From a virus, in IMG/VR virus record IMGVR_UViG_3300042922_000982, positions 93,407-157,406 of that record: a stretch of DNA of 64,000 nt. One strand, 5' to 3'. Made by a program: the position numbers and the translations under genes. Below are positions 18,222 through 26,954 of this stretch, piece after piece; the first letter of the stretch is position 1; the number at the start of each line of letters is the position of its first letter. A model generated the notes under the pieces. It was not told the DNA's origin. It worked only from the letters and a program-made list of their open reading frames with translations, and made no database searches.

Positions 18222-18488
18222 TCACCGGCCCTTTTTCTTTGACCATTTCCTGATGCGGCGCTCCGCGCGCTCGCGGCGCGCCGCCTCCCGCTTCTCGGCC
18301 CGGCGCTCGGCCCGATTGCGTGCGGCGCGGCGCGCAGCCTTCGTGGGCGGCTTGGGGAGGGCGATCGCCGGGGGCGTGAGCACATAGCTCGCAGGCACCG
18401 CCAGCGCCTGCGTCACCACCCGCTCGACCCAGGCCATCGCGGCCTTGAAATCGAGGCCCAGCGCGGCGGCGTCCGGCCGGTGGCTCAC
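18222..18488 (-). CDS. small basic hypothetical protein
   Basis: overlapping start/stop in operon. Confidence 0.5.
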   Translation of the reverse strand: MSHRPDAAALGLDFKAAMAWVERVVTQALAVPASYVLTPPAIALPKPPTKAARRAARNRAERRAEKREAARRERAERRIRKWSKKKGR

Positions 18489-18709
18489 TTCTTCTTGCCG
18501 CGCTGGCTGGCGCGGGCCTTGCGGGCGCGCTTGCCCGCCTGTCGTGCCTTGCCCTTACCGCGCGGCACACCCGCCCCGGCGCTGGGGGCCCGGCGCTCAG
18601 CGTAGACCGGGCGGCTGGCCAACGGATCGCCCATGGCCAGCGCGAGCGTGCCGAGCACGGCCAGCGACAAGGTGGGGCTCTGCTGGTAGGCGGGGGGCGT
18701 GTTCATCAT
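18485..18709 (-). CDS. small hypothetical protein with basic tail
   Basis: ATGA overlap, GGAG RBS. Confidence 0.55.
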   Translation of the reverse strand: MMNTPPAYQQSPTLSLAVLGTLALAMGDPLASRPVYAERRAPSAGAGVPRGKGKARQAGKRARKARASQRGKKK

Positions 18710-18945
18710 GGCGTGTTCTCCAGGCCGTTGTAGGCGATCGCTATCGGGAAGGTCTGGTCGGGGGCGCCGGTATGGCTGAAGTAGGGCACCTCGCGGTGGC
18801 CGATGCGCACCACCCCGCGCTCGCTGCACGAGCCGTCCGGGTGCACGCGGCGCTCACGGCACTCGACGGCGATCGCGGGCGGCAGGGTGAAGGCTGGCGC
18901 GCCGGGAATCACCGGCTCGTCGTGCACGGCGGGCCCACTACGCAT
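18706..18945 (-). CDS. hypothetical protein
   Basis: operon packing. Confidence 0.5.
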   Translation of the reverse strand: MRSGPAVHDEPVIPGAPAFTLPPAIAVECRERRVHPDGSCSERGVVRIGHREVPYFSHTGAPDQTFPIAIAYNGLENTP

Positions 18946-19339
18946 AGGGGCCGTCCTTCTCCATCGGCAAGCTGGCTATGAGCGCCTGCGCGATCGCCAT
19001 GGCCTCCATGGCCGCCATGCGGGCCAGGCGCGGGTTGCCGCGCATCCCGCTTTCAAGCAACGTCTGAACGGAGGGGTGCAGCGACACCAGCGGCTCGCCG
19101 TGCATCATGGCGTGGAGCGTGGTGCCCGCCTCCACCTTCAGCGGAATGATGGGCATCTGCTGCATCTGCCGGGCCATCTCGGCCGTGTGGCCCGGCGGCG
19201 TGGGCAGGGGCAGCGAGAAGGGGGCGCGGCGCACCGTCAAGGGGCGCGAGATGTGCGGGTGCTCGGTGAGCATGTGCGTCTCGTAGTCGGCGGCCGAATC
19301 GGCCACCTGCTTGCAAGACGGGCACCGGAAGCTTGGCAT
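18938..19339 (-). CDS. C2H2-type Zn finger protein
   Basis: FRCPSC-x12-HMLTEH; AAGGAG RBS. Confidence 0.6.
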   Translation of the reverse strand: MPSFRCPSCKQVADSAADYETHMLTEHPHISRPLTVRRAPFSLPLPTPPGHTAEMARQMQQMPIIPLKVEAGTTLHAMMHGEPLVSLHPSVQTLLESGMRGNPRLARMAAMEAMAIAQALIASLPMEKDGPYA

Positions 19340-19496
19340 GGCGGTTCTCCTTGGCGGTGGGGTTGTCGAATTGACGAGCATTGTAGCGGAAAGACGAGCC
19401 GCCGGGAAGTCCCTGCGGTGAGGGTTTCCCGGCGGCGGCGCCTTCGTTCTAGTCGTTGCGGGCGATCGCCCGATTGTGACGAATTAGTCCGTCAGA

Positions 19497-19991
19497 TCAG
19501 GTGCCGGGGGGCGTCTGGGGGACGCCCCCGCGCCGATCGGCATCGAACACCCAGTCCGGGGTGCTATCGAGCCGCAGCCGGGGCGCCTCGCGGTACGGGT
19601 CGGCCTCGTGGAGCGCCTGCACCTGGAAGTCGATGTTGCGCCGGTAGCGGTTGGACAACTGGCGCGATTGCTTGAGGTTGTCGTAGGCCCGGCGGTGCTC
19701 CCACGCCTCGGAATCGTTGGCGGCGCTCGTGATGGCCGAGCGCACGCGCACGTCCGTCACGCCGGGGATCCCGTAGAAGCGGGCCATCTCGTCGTCCTCG
19801 AGGACGACGCGTATGTCGAAATCGCGCGGCTGGGCGTCGGTGAGCGCCCCGCCGACCAGGTACACGGGCGCGCCGTAGCGCGCGGCGATGCTGTTCGCCT
19901 GGCGCCGGAACTTGAGGGCGAACCAGGTGTGGGCGGGGATGCCCTCGTCGGGGGCGGCGGGGGCGGCGGGGGTTGTCGTCTGGGGGTCCAT
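19497..19991 (-). CDS. minimal nucleotidyltransferase (pol-beta superfamily)
   Basis: VYLVGGAL..PRDFDIRVVL, later IDFQVQ. Confidence 0.65.
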   Translation of the reverse strand: MDPQTTTPAAPAAPDEGIPAHTWFALKFRRQANSIAARYGAPVYLVGGALTDAQPRDFDIRVVLEDDEMARFYGIPGVTDVRVRSAITSAANDSEAWEHRRAYDNLKQSRQLSNRYRRNIDFQVQALHEADPYREAPRLRLDSTPDWVFDADRRGGVPQTPPGT

Positions 19992-19995
19992 GGGG

Positions 19996-20223
19996 CTACC
20001 TCCGGATCAAGCGAATGGCCAGGGCGGCGATATCGGCGCCGTAGGCCGCCAGGCTCAGCACGGTGTCTTTGTCCAGGGGGGCGTCGGCGCGGGCCATGGC
20101 GTCCGCGCGGGCGGCCACCGCCTTGGCGGCCGAGGCGATGCTGTTGAGCACCCCGCGCTGGGCGATCGTCGCGTTTCGGGCGTCCTCGGCGCGGGTGGTG
20201 GGGTCGTGGGGGTTACTGGGCAC
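19996..20223 (-). CDS. hypothetical protein
   Basis: AAGGAGG RBS, operon packing. Confidence 0.55.
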   Translation of the reverse strand: MPSNPHDPTTRAEDARNATIAQRGVLNSIASAAKAVAARADAMARADAPLDKDTVLSLAAYGADIAALAIRLIRR

Positions 20224-20785
20224 GGGCGGCCTCCTTGCGGCGTTGCATGAGGATGTCGGACACGGCCGTGGCGCACACGAAGGTCGCCTGGCCGCACTTG
20301 TGGGCGCGAATCTGGCCGCGCCGGATGCGGCAGTGAAGCCCGCTCTTGGTGTAGCCCAGCCGCTTGGCCGCCTCGGCGATCGGCAGCGCGGGCCACGGGG
20401 GCGGGGCGTACTCGGCGCGCAACTTGTCCGCGTCGGCGGGGTCGAGGAACAGGAACTTGCCCTCGCCCGTGAGCGTGAAGCCGCGCCGCTTGATCAGGCC
20501 GTTGAGCCCCCACGGATTCACACCCAGCTCGCGCGCCAGGTGCCGCACCGGGACGCCGTGGCGGTTGGCCTTGATGCCGTAGCGATCGCAGGCGCCGTAG
20601 AGCGCGCGCAGGTTGACCACGATGCCCCAGCGCTCGGCGAGCGTCTTGAGGATCACGCTGTAGTGCTCCAGCCCGTACACATCGGTCAGGTAGTCGCGGG
20701 CCTCCTGGCACCACGGCGCGCGCTTGCCCGTAGACTTGGGCCCGATCGCGCGCGGGCGGCTCGGGATGTTGTCCTTAACCGGCAT
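20213..20785 (-). CDS. multi-HTH DNA-binding protein, paralog 3 (excisionase-type C-terminal HTH)
   Basis: IAEAAKRLGYTKSGLHCRIRRGQIRAHKCG. Confidence 0.75.
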   Translation of the reverse strand: MPVKDNIPSRPRAIGPKSTGKRAPWCQEARDYLTDVYGLEHYSVILKTLAERWGIVVNLRALYGACDRYGIKANRHGVPVRHLARELGVNPWGLNGLIKRRGFTLTGEGKFLFLDPADADKLRAEYAPPPWPALPIAEAAKRLGYTKSGLHCRIRRGQIRAHKCGQATFVCATAVSDILMQRRKEAARAQ

Positions 20786-21416
20786 GGGATACCTCCTTGG
20801 CCTTCGCCCGCTTGCGCCGCATGTGCTCGCGGCCGATCTCGCGCGTGCGCGCCCGCTGAATTTCGGGATCGCGCTCGGCGTACGCCCGCTGGGCCGCGCG
20901 GTTGGCGATCGCCTTGTCGGACACCGCCGTGGCGCACACCACCCAGGCGAAGCCGACCTTCTGCCCCTTGAGCCGCCCCTGCCGCAGCATCAAGATGATC
21001 GCGGAGCGGGTGTAGCCCAGGCGGCGGGCGGCCTCTTCGGCCGTCATGTGCGGGTAGGTGGGTCGCGCGTACTTGGCGCGCAACATCTCGGCGACCTCGT
21101 GGGTGACGAAGCGGTACTTGCCGCTCCCCCGGACCTCGTGCCCATGGCGACCCAGCCAGTTGCGCAGCGCCGGGGCGGCCACCCCCAACTCGGCTGCGAG
21201 GTCGGCGACGCAGGGGCCGTGACGGCCGTGCGCCGTGATGCCGAACCGGCGGGCCGCGCCCTCGACCGAATCGCGCGTGGCGCGGATGCCGTAGAGCTGG
21301 CGCAGCGATCGCGCGATGTCCACGGCCAGGCGCAATCCGTAATGCTCGATCAGGTAGTCCTTGGCCTGCGGGTGATCATCCCACATGACGTGGCCCTTGG
21401 GGCGGTTGCCGGGCAT
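20775..21416 (-). CDS. multi-HTH DNA-binding protein, paralog 2
   Basis: TAEEAARRLGYTRSAIILMLRQGRLKGQKVG; AAGGAGG RBS. Confidence 0.75.
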   Translation of the reverse strand: MPGNRPKGHVMWDDHPQAKDYLIEHYGLRLAVDIARSLRQLYGIRATRDSVEGAARRFGITAHGRHGPCVADLAAELGVAAPALRNWLGRHGHEVRGSGKYRFVTHEVAEMLRAKYARPTYPHMTAEEAARRLGYTRSAIILMLRQGRLKGQKVGFAWVVCATAVSDKAIANRAAQRAYAERDPEIQRARTREIGREHMRRKRAKAKEVSHAG

Positions 21417-22027
21417 CAGCGGGCCTCCTTTCCTGCGATCGCCAGCTCGCGCTGCCGGGCCATGAGGATGTTCGACACGCCCGTCGCGCAGATGTGCACC
21501 GTGCGCCCCACCCGCGCGGCCTTCAACTCGCCGCGCGCCACCATGTTCATGATCGCGTCGCGGTGGTAGTGCAGCCGCTTGGCGGCCTCCTTGAGCGGGA
21601 TGGTCGCGAAGGCGGGCTTGCGGTAGTGCGCGCGCACCTGCTCGGCCAACTCGTCCGGAATGATGCGGTGGCGCCGTTCGCTGCGCGTGGCGGCGGCCGG
21701 GCCCCCGAGCTTGAGCAGCGTGCGGTTCATGCACGGCACCGAAATGCCGCACTCGCGGGCCAGCATGGCGCCCGTCAGGCCGTAGCGCCGCGACTTGATG
21801 CCGTAGCGTTGCGCCACGCCGTTGAGCGAGGCCGTCTCGACGTGCAGGCCCCAGCGGGCCTTGATCTCGGCGCACAACTCCGGGCCGGGCCGCGTGCCGT
21901 ACTGGTCGATCACGAAATCGAGCAATCCGGGCACGCTGCGCCACCGGACGTAGGCGCAGGGCTTGCGCTTCTTCTTGGCGGCGGGCTCGCGCGTCTTTCG
22001 GGCGGGCTTGGCGGGGTTGGGGATCAC
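21416..22027 (-). CDS. multi-HTH DNA-binding protein, paralog 1
   Basis: LKEAAKRLHYHRDAIMNMVARGELKAARVG; GTG start with GAGGAG. Confidence 0.75.
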   Translation of the reverse strand: MIPNPAKPARKTREPAAKKKRKPCAYVRWRSVPGLLDFVIDQYGTRPGPELCAEIKARWGLHVETASLNGVAQRYGIKSRRYGLTGAMLARECGISVPCMNRTLLKLGGPAAATRSERRHRIIPDELAEQVRAHYRKPAFATIPLKEAAKRLHYHRDAIMNMVARGELKAARVGRTVHICATGVSNILMARQRELAIAGKEAR

Positions 22028-22512
22028 TTGGCGGTTCTCCTCTCGTACAGGTGCGCGGCGCCAAACGGGACGCACGCGCTGGCGTTGCGGCTGCACATGT
22101 AGCCGGTGTACGCCTCGGCGTAAGGGGTTGAATGGACACAGGTGGCGCACGGGGCCGCCACCTCGGGCTCGGCCTGCGCCTCGGCGGCGGCGATCGCCTC
22201 CATCTCGGCGAGGGACGGGGGCGGCGGGCCCACGTCGCGCAACTTCTTCCCGCGCGGCTCGTAGCGGGGGTCGGACACGTCGAGGACGTAGTACCCCGGC
22301 ACGCACGTCTCGCAGCGGTTCGCCCCGTAGTAGGGCGGCCAGAACCGCACGGCGCACTCCACGCACGAGACGCGCGTGCCGGGCGGCGGCGCACCCGGCG
22401 ATCGCCGCCGCCGGATCGCCTTCCCGCCCGGATTCTTCAGCGACGGCTTCGTCAGGGCCACGCCCCGGCCGATCGCCGCCGCCACGATGTAGTCCTTCGC
22501 GTCGCGCAGCAT
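22024..22512 (-). CDS. Cys-rich Zn-binding protein
   Basis: CVEC..CETC and C-terminal CATC..CSRNASAC module. Confidence 0.65.
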   Translation of the reverse strand: MLRDAKDYIVAAAIGRGVALTKPSLKNPGGKAIRRRRSPGAPPPGTRVSCVECAVRFWPPYYGANRCETCVPGYYVLDVSDPRYEPRGKKLRDVGPPPPSLAEMEAIAAAEAQAEPEVAAPCATCVHSTPYAEAYTGYMCSRNASACVPFGAAHLYERRTAK

Positions 22513-22515
22513 GGG

Positions 22516-25269
22516 CTACCGCCGCGTCACGCTCGGGGCGGGCGTGCCCGGCTCGTGGAGCAGGGCCGCCCCGCGCGGGCCGCACGCGCTCGCGTTGCGC
22601 AGGCACTCGAACCCGGTATAGGCGTCCGCGTTGACCCTGGCATTCGCGCAGGAGCCGCATTTCTCCACGGCGGGGTCGCCGGAGGACTGACGCCTCGGCC
22701 CGGCGGGCGCGCCGGGCTTGCTGGCCATCGTGGGGGCGTTGGCGGGGGTGTCTCGCAGCGGGGTGGTCTTGGGGTTCTCCCGATCGGCGATGCGGCAGGG
22801 CGTGCAGATGCGCTGGTTGGCGCTGCCCTTGCGCTCGAAGTCCTGCTCGCAGCGCAGGCACGGCGGCAGCGCCCGCTCCTTCTCGTCGGCCGCGCGGCAC
22901 TCCGGGCAGACCAGCTCGCGGCCGACCGGGGTGTAGGGCTTCTGGCAATCGCGGCGCTTGCAATTGCGCGGATCGAGCACCCGCTTGTAATTGTCCGCCG
23001 GGGCGCGCTTCGCCTGCACGGCGGGCACCACCGCCTCCACGACCGGATCCGGCGCGGCGATCGCCTTGTCACGGGCGGCGGCCTCCGCCGTGATCGTGTC
23101 GCGCGCCCGGCAGGCCAAGCACGGGCCGGGCGCCGCGACCGAGTTCTCGCACGTCGGCGTCGCGCACCCGTACCGCACCGGCTCCTTCGGCTCGGGGGCC
23201 GCCTTCGGCTCGGGATCGGGCGTCACCTTCGCGGGGGCCTCGGTGACCTGATCCTCCAGGCACGGGCCGCACACCGTCCGGCCGTCCGACGGCTGGGCGG
23301 GGAACGAGCCGCCGCACATGGCGCACTCAATCGCCACGAACACCTCGTACGCGGCGGGGAGCTTGCCGTCGGCTACCGCGCGGTCGTACGCCTCGGCCTT
23401 CGGCAGGTATTTTTTGAGCGCCCGGCCCTGCGCCTCGGCGTTGATCTCCAGGTTGGACACCTCGGTCTTGAGCGCGTCACGCTCGGCGTTCGCCCGGCGG
23501 ATGCCCTCCTCGGTGGCCTCCACCCGGTCGGTCAGCACCCGGTACGCCTGGGACACGTTGTCGGCGATCGCCCCCTCGGCGCGCCACACCAGGCTGGGGT
23601 CGATGCGATCGATGGCGCCGCCCACCGCCGAGAGCGTCTGCGTGGCCTCCCGCCCCCGGTGCACCCCGGCCTCGAGGACCTGGATGACGTTGAGCACGTT
23701 GTCGGCGAACGAGGTCGTGTTGTCCCAGGGCTGCTGCGTGTTGGCGATGACGTAGGCGCGCACGCGGTCCTGATCGGCACCCAGCCGGGCCAGTTGCCCG
23801 CCCGCGACGATCGCCTTGATGTTGGCGAGGAAGCCCTGCTCGTCGTCCCACACGGCGCCCAACTCGCGGAACCAAGCCGACACCGCCTCGATCGCCTCGA
23901 TGCGCTCGGATAGGTACGCCTCGTCGGCCTCCACGGCGCGCAGCTTGACGTTGATCTCACGGGTGAGGCCCTCTAGCTCGGCGATCTTGGCCTCGGTTTC
24001 CGGGCTGGCGCCCGACGCCTTGAGCGCGGCCACCTGGCCGGACATGCGCTCGTAGTCGGCCGTTAGCTCGGTGTAGCCGATGATCAAGGTGTGCAGGTTG
24101 TCCCATAGTTCCTGCCCCTCGTCGTAGAACCCGGCCAGGCGCATGGAGGCCGCCACGTCGTTTCCGGCGTTGTGCAGCCGCTTGATGGTCTCCTCCTGGG
24201 CCAGGACCCGCTCGGCGTTGTGCTTGCCCTCGTCGCGGTAGCGCGCGCACTGAATCTTGAGGCTCTCCACGATCGGGAGCTTAGTGACGGGGTCGAGCTG
24301 CCCCTCGGGGTTCTCGGCGATCGCCTTGTGCGCGTCCGCCAACTGGAAGGTCAGGTCCTCGTTGAGCCCCTCCACCTCGCGCAGCCGCACCTTGGCGCGC
24401 TCGCACTGGTCGACGACCGCGTGGTAGGCCCGCGTCTGCTCGGCGAGCGCGCGCTCAAGATCGTCGCGCTTGGCCTGGCTCTCCTTGAGCGATTCGCGCA
24501 GCCCGTCCTCGCGGGTGATCGGGCCGGGGAAGCCGCCCTCCACGAGCCCCGCGAGGCGATCGCCGTGCGCCTGCTTGGCCCGCTCGGCCTCCAACTGGGC
24601 CTGCACGTCGGATAGCTCCATGCGCAGGTGCGCCAGGTCCTTGGCGCCCGGCGTGTGCCCCCAAATTTGCAGGCGCATATCGAGGTCCTTGCACTCGCGC
24701 CGCGCGGCCTCGAGATCCTGGTGCAGCCGGGTGATGGCCGCCACCGCCGCCGCCGTGGGCGTGACGCCCAGGTTGTCCACGAGCCCGGCGCCTGCGATCG
24801 CCCGGTGAATGGCCGCCGTGATGCCGGGCAGGGCCGCCTCCTCGGCCGCGCGCAACTCGTCGTGGCAAATGGCCAGCTCATGGCGCAGGAGCGCGATCGC
24901 CTCGGTCTCGTCGGCGGCCAGGGCCGCGCCCGCGATCGCCAGCTCGTCGATCAGGCTGCGCAGGGCGTGCAGGGTGGCCTCGATGGGCCCCTCGGCGGTG
25001 GCGTCGGGCGCCCATGGGATGTCGTGCGCCGCGCAGAGCGCCCCGATCCGCTTGAATCCCTCGTCGAGGGTGGCGATCGTCTGGCGGGCGGCGGTGGTGA
25101 GGGAATCGTCGGGCTTGTGGCGCGCGTTGCGGCGCAGCACCTCGACCTCTTTTTCACGCAGGGCCAGCTCGGCGGTGAGATCCGCGATCGATTGGGCCTG
25201 ATGGACGGCGAGATCACGCCAGCGGGGCGTGAGGACGCCCTCGCGATCGGTAGGGACCAGATGGGACAT
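22516..25269 (-). CDS. long coiled-coil protein with C-terminal array of Cys4 clusters
   Basis: about 600 aa heptad-rich helix, then five Cys clusters. Confidence 0.75.
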   Translation of the reverse strand: MSHLVPTDREGVLTPRWRDLAVHQAQSIADLTAELALREKEVEVLRRNARHKPDDSLTTAARQTIATLDEGFKRIGALCAAHDIPWAPDATAEGPIEATLHALRSLIDELAIAGAALAADETEAIALLRHELAICHDELRAAEEAALPGITAAIHRAIAGAGLVDNLGVTPTAAAVAAITRLHQDLEAARRECKDLDMRLQIWGHTPGAKDLAHLRMELSDVQAQLEAERAKQAHGDRLAGLVEGGFPGPITREDGLRESLKESQAKRDDLERALAEQTRAYHAVVDQCERAKVRLREVEGLNEDLTFQLADAHKAIAENPEGQLDPVTKLPIVESLKIQCARYRDEGKHNAERVLAQEETIKRLHNAGNDVAASMRLAGFYDEGQELWDNLHTLIIGYTELTADYERMSGQVAALKASGASPETEAKIAELEGLTREINVKLRAVEADEAYLSERIEAIEAVSAWFRELGAVWDDEQGFLANIKAIVAGGQLARLGADQDRVRAYVIANTQQPWDNTTSFADNVLNVIQVLEAGVHRGREATQTLSAVGGAIDRIDPSLVWRAEGAIADNVSQAYRVLTDRVEATEEGIRRANAERDALKTEVSNLEINAEAQGRALKKYLPKAEAYDRAVADGKLPAAYEVFVAIECAMCGGSFPAQPSDGRTVCGPCLEDQVTEAPAKVTPDPEPKAAPEPKEPVRYGCATPTCENSVAAPGPCLACRARDTITAEAAARDKAIAAPDPVVEAVVPAVQAKRAPADNYKRVLDPRNCKRRDCQKPYTPVGRELVCPECRAADEKERALPPCLRCEQDFERKGSANQRICTPCRIADRENPKTTPLRDTPANAPTMASKPGAPAGPRRQSSGDPAVEKCGSCANARVNADAYTGFECLRNASACGPRGAALLHEPGTPAPSVTRR

Positions 25270-25460
25270 GCTTGGATGGGGCTCCTGCGACGGTGCCCCG
25301 GTTGCTACGCGGGACACAGGGGGAGGGGACAACGCCCGGCGATCGCGGAGGTGGGCCGCGATGGGGGCCGGGCAACGGGGTCAACATGGTAGCACAAACC
25401 AGCCCCCGCGCCCGTTAAGCGTTATAAACCGACACCGGGCAAGCGGGCTATGCGATGGGC

Positions 25461-26537
25461 CTATGCGTCGAAGGCCGTCCGCGTCCCGTACATGGTCGCG
25501 TCCCGCTCCTGCGCCTCGGCCTGCGCCTGGATATCGGCGAGCTTGGCCTTCATCTCGTCCCAGGCGGTGGCCCCGGTGCGATCGCGCACGGCTTCCACGC
25601 TCTCGACCGCTGCGCGCACCTTCTCGATGGTCATGCCGGGCTGCCGGGCGATCGCGAAGACCCGCTCCTCGCTGAGCGTCATTCCGGCGGGCTGGGGCGC
25701 CACCGACACCGCCTTGGCCATGGCCGCCGCGTACCCGTCCGCGCCCTTCTGGTACGCCGTGATCACGGCCTCGAACATGCGAAAGAACGCCTCGCGCGCC
25801 TCATCACCGATCGCCGCCGGTTGAGACTGTGTCTCCTGCGCCGGGGGCTTCGAGCGCTCCCCGACCATGCGCGCGCGGTTGGCCTCGTGGATGCGGGCCT
25901 CGGTGTGATCGATGAGCGCGAAAAACGCCGAGTGCCGGTGCCGGGGCTCGGCAGGCGGCGCGGCCACGGGCTCGGCGATCGCCTGCGCGCGATCATCGGC
26001 GATTCGCCCCACCATGCCGCCGGGCACGGGCTCGTCGGCGCCGCGCTCGACCGTGGTGCCGTCGTAGGTGTAGACGAAGCCCGCCACGAGCCCCATGCTG
26101 TCGAGCGAGGCGGCCAGGGGCGTCGGCATGACGGTGTAGCCCCGGTTCGTGGCCTCGTGCCATTGGCCCAGGTGGAAGCCGCCCGCCGTGGTGTGCGCGC
26201 GCACCCCCACCTGCGGCTCGGGCCAATCGATCAGCACCGAGCGCCGCGTGGCGATCGCCGCCTTGCGCCCCCACCAGGCCGGGCGCCTGAATTGCGGCCA
26301 GCGGGGAGCCGGGAGCCTGAGCGCCCAGCCGAGCGCGCCCCTGAGCTTGCCGTCCAGCTTGCCCTCGACGCCCCACTGGATGCCCCAGGCGAGCGCGATG
26401 ATCACGCCGTTGATCGCCATGTTGGCGACGAGCGTCGGCGGGTGGATCTTGAGCACGGTCGGCAGGGCGATCAACGTGCCTGCGGTGATGCCGATGGTGA
26501 CGGGCCAGCCGATGTTGGGGACGAATTTCTTGGCCAT
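25461..26537 (-). CDS. membrane protein, two N-terminal hydrophobic segments
   Basis: IGWPVTIGITAGTLIAL, MAINGVIIALAWG; GAGGAG RBS. Confidence 0.65.
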   Translation of the reverse strand: MAKKFVPNIGWPVTIGITAGTLIALPTVLKIHPPTLVANMAINGVIIALAWGIQWGVEGKLDGKLRGALGWALRLPAPRWPQFRRPAWWGRKAAIATRRSVLIDWPEPQVGVRAHTTAGGFHLGQWHEATNRGYTVMPTPLAASLDSMGLVAGFVYTYDGTTVERGADEPVPGGMVGRIADDRAQAIAEPVAAPPAEPRHRHSAFFALIDHTEARIHEANRARMVGERSKPPAQETQSQPAAIGDEAREAFFRMFEAVITAYQKGADGYAAAMAKAVSVAPQPAGMTLSEERVFAIARQPGMTIEKVRAAVESVEAVRDRTGATAWDEMKAKLADIQAQAEAQERDATMYGTRTAFDA

Positions 26538-26606
26538 GGCGCGGTTCTCCTCTGGGGCGGGGCCCCCTGGTTGGCGGTGGAGTGCGGTTGCTTGCAGGCG
26601 ATGGTA

Positions 26607-26930
26607 CTACAGGCGGATCTGGATGGGCAAGTTGCACGCCGGGCACGGCGCCACCTTGGCGGTCACCTCGACCGTGACGTAGCCCTTGTGGTGCGGGCAA
26701 TACACGTCGCGGGTGCGGGGCATCGCCGTGGCGGGCGCCTCCTCGCGCCGCTTGGCGATCGCCCGGCGGGTGTAGTCGACCATCATGTCGGCGGTGTGCT
26801 GCGCGTCGAGCCGCACGGGGTCCATGGCCGGGCCCGGCGGCAGGCCCTCGATGACGTCCGCGCCGCCCTGCTCGTAGCCGATCACGAACGCGTCTAGTTG
26901 ATCCAGGGTGTAGTCGGGGGGAATTTGCAT
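26607..26930 (-). CDS. small protein ending in a copy of the terminase C-terminal Zn-ribbon tail
   Basis: TRDVYCPHHKG..VAPCPACNLPIQIRL; AGGAG RBS. Confidence 0.75.
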   Translation of the reverse strand: MQIPPDYTLDQLDAFVIGYEQGGADVIEGLPPGPAMDPVRLDAQHTADMMVDYTRRAIAKRREEAPATAMPRTRDVYCPHHKGYVTVEVTAKVAPCPACNLPIQIRL

Positions 26931-26954
26931 GGGGGTCTCCTGCTATGCCGGGCC

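Noticed and set aside
20213-22027. Excisionase/integration module
   Set aside because: No integrase or att site recognised, so temperate lifestyle cannot be called from this window
22516-25269. SMC/Rad50 or tape-measure protein
   Set aside because: No Walker motifs and no tail-gene context
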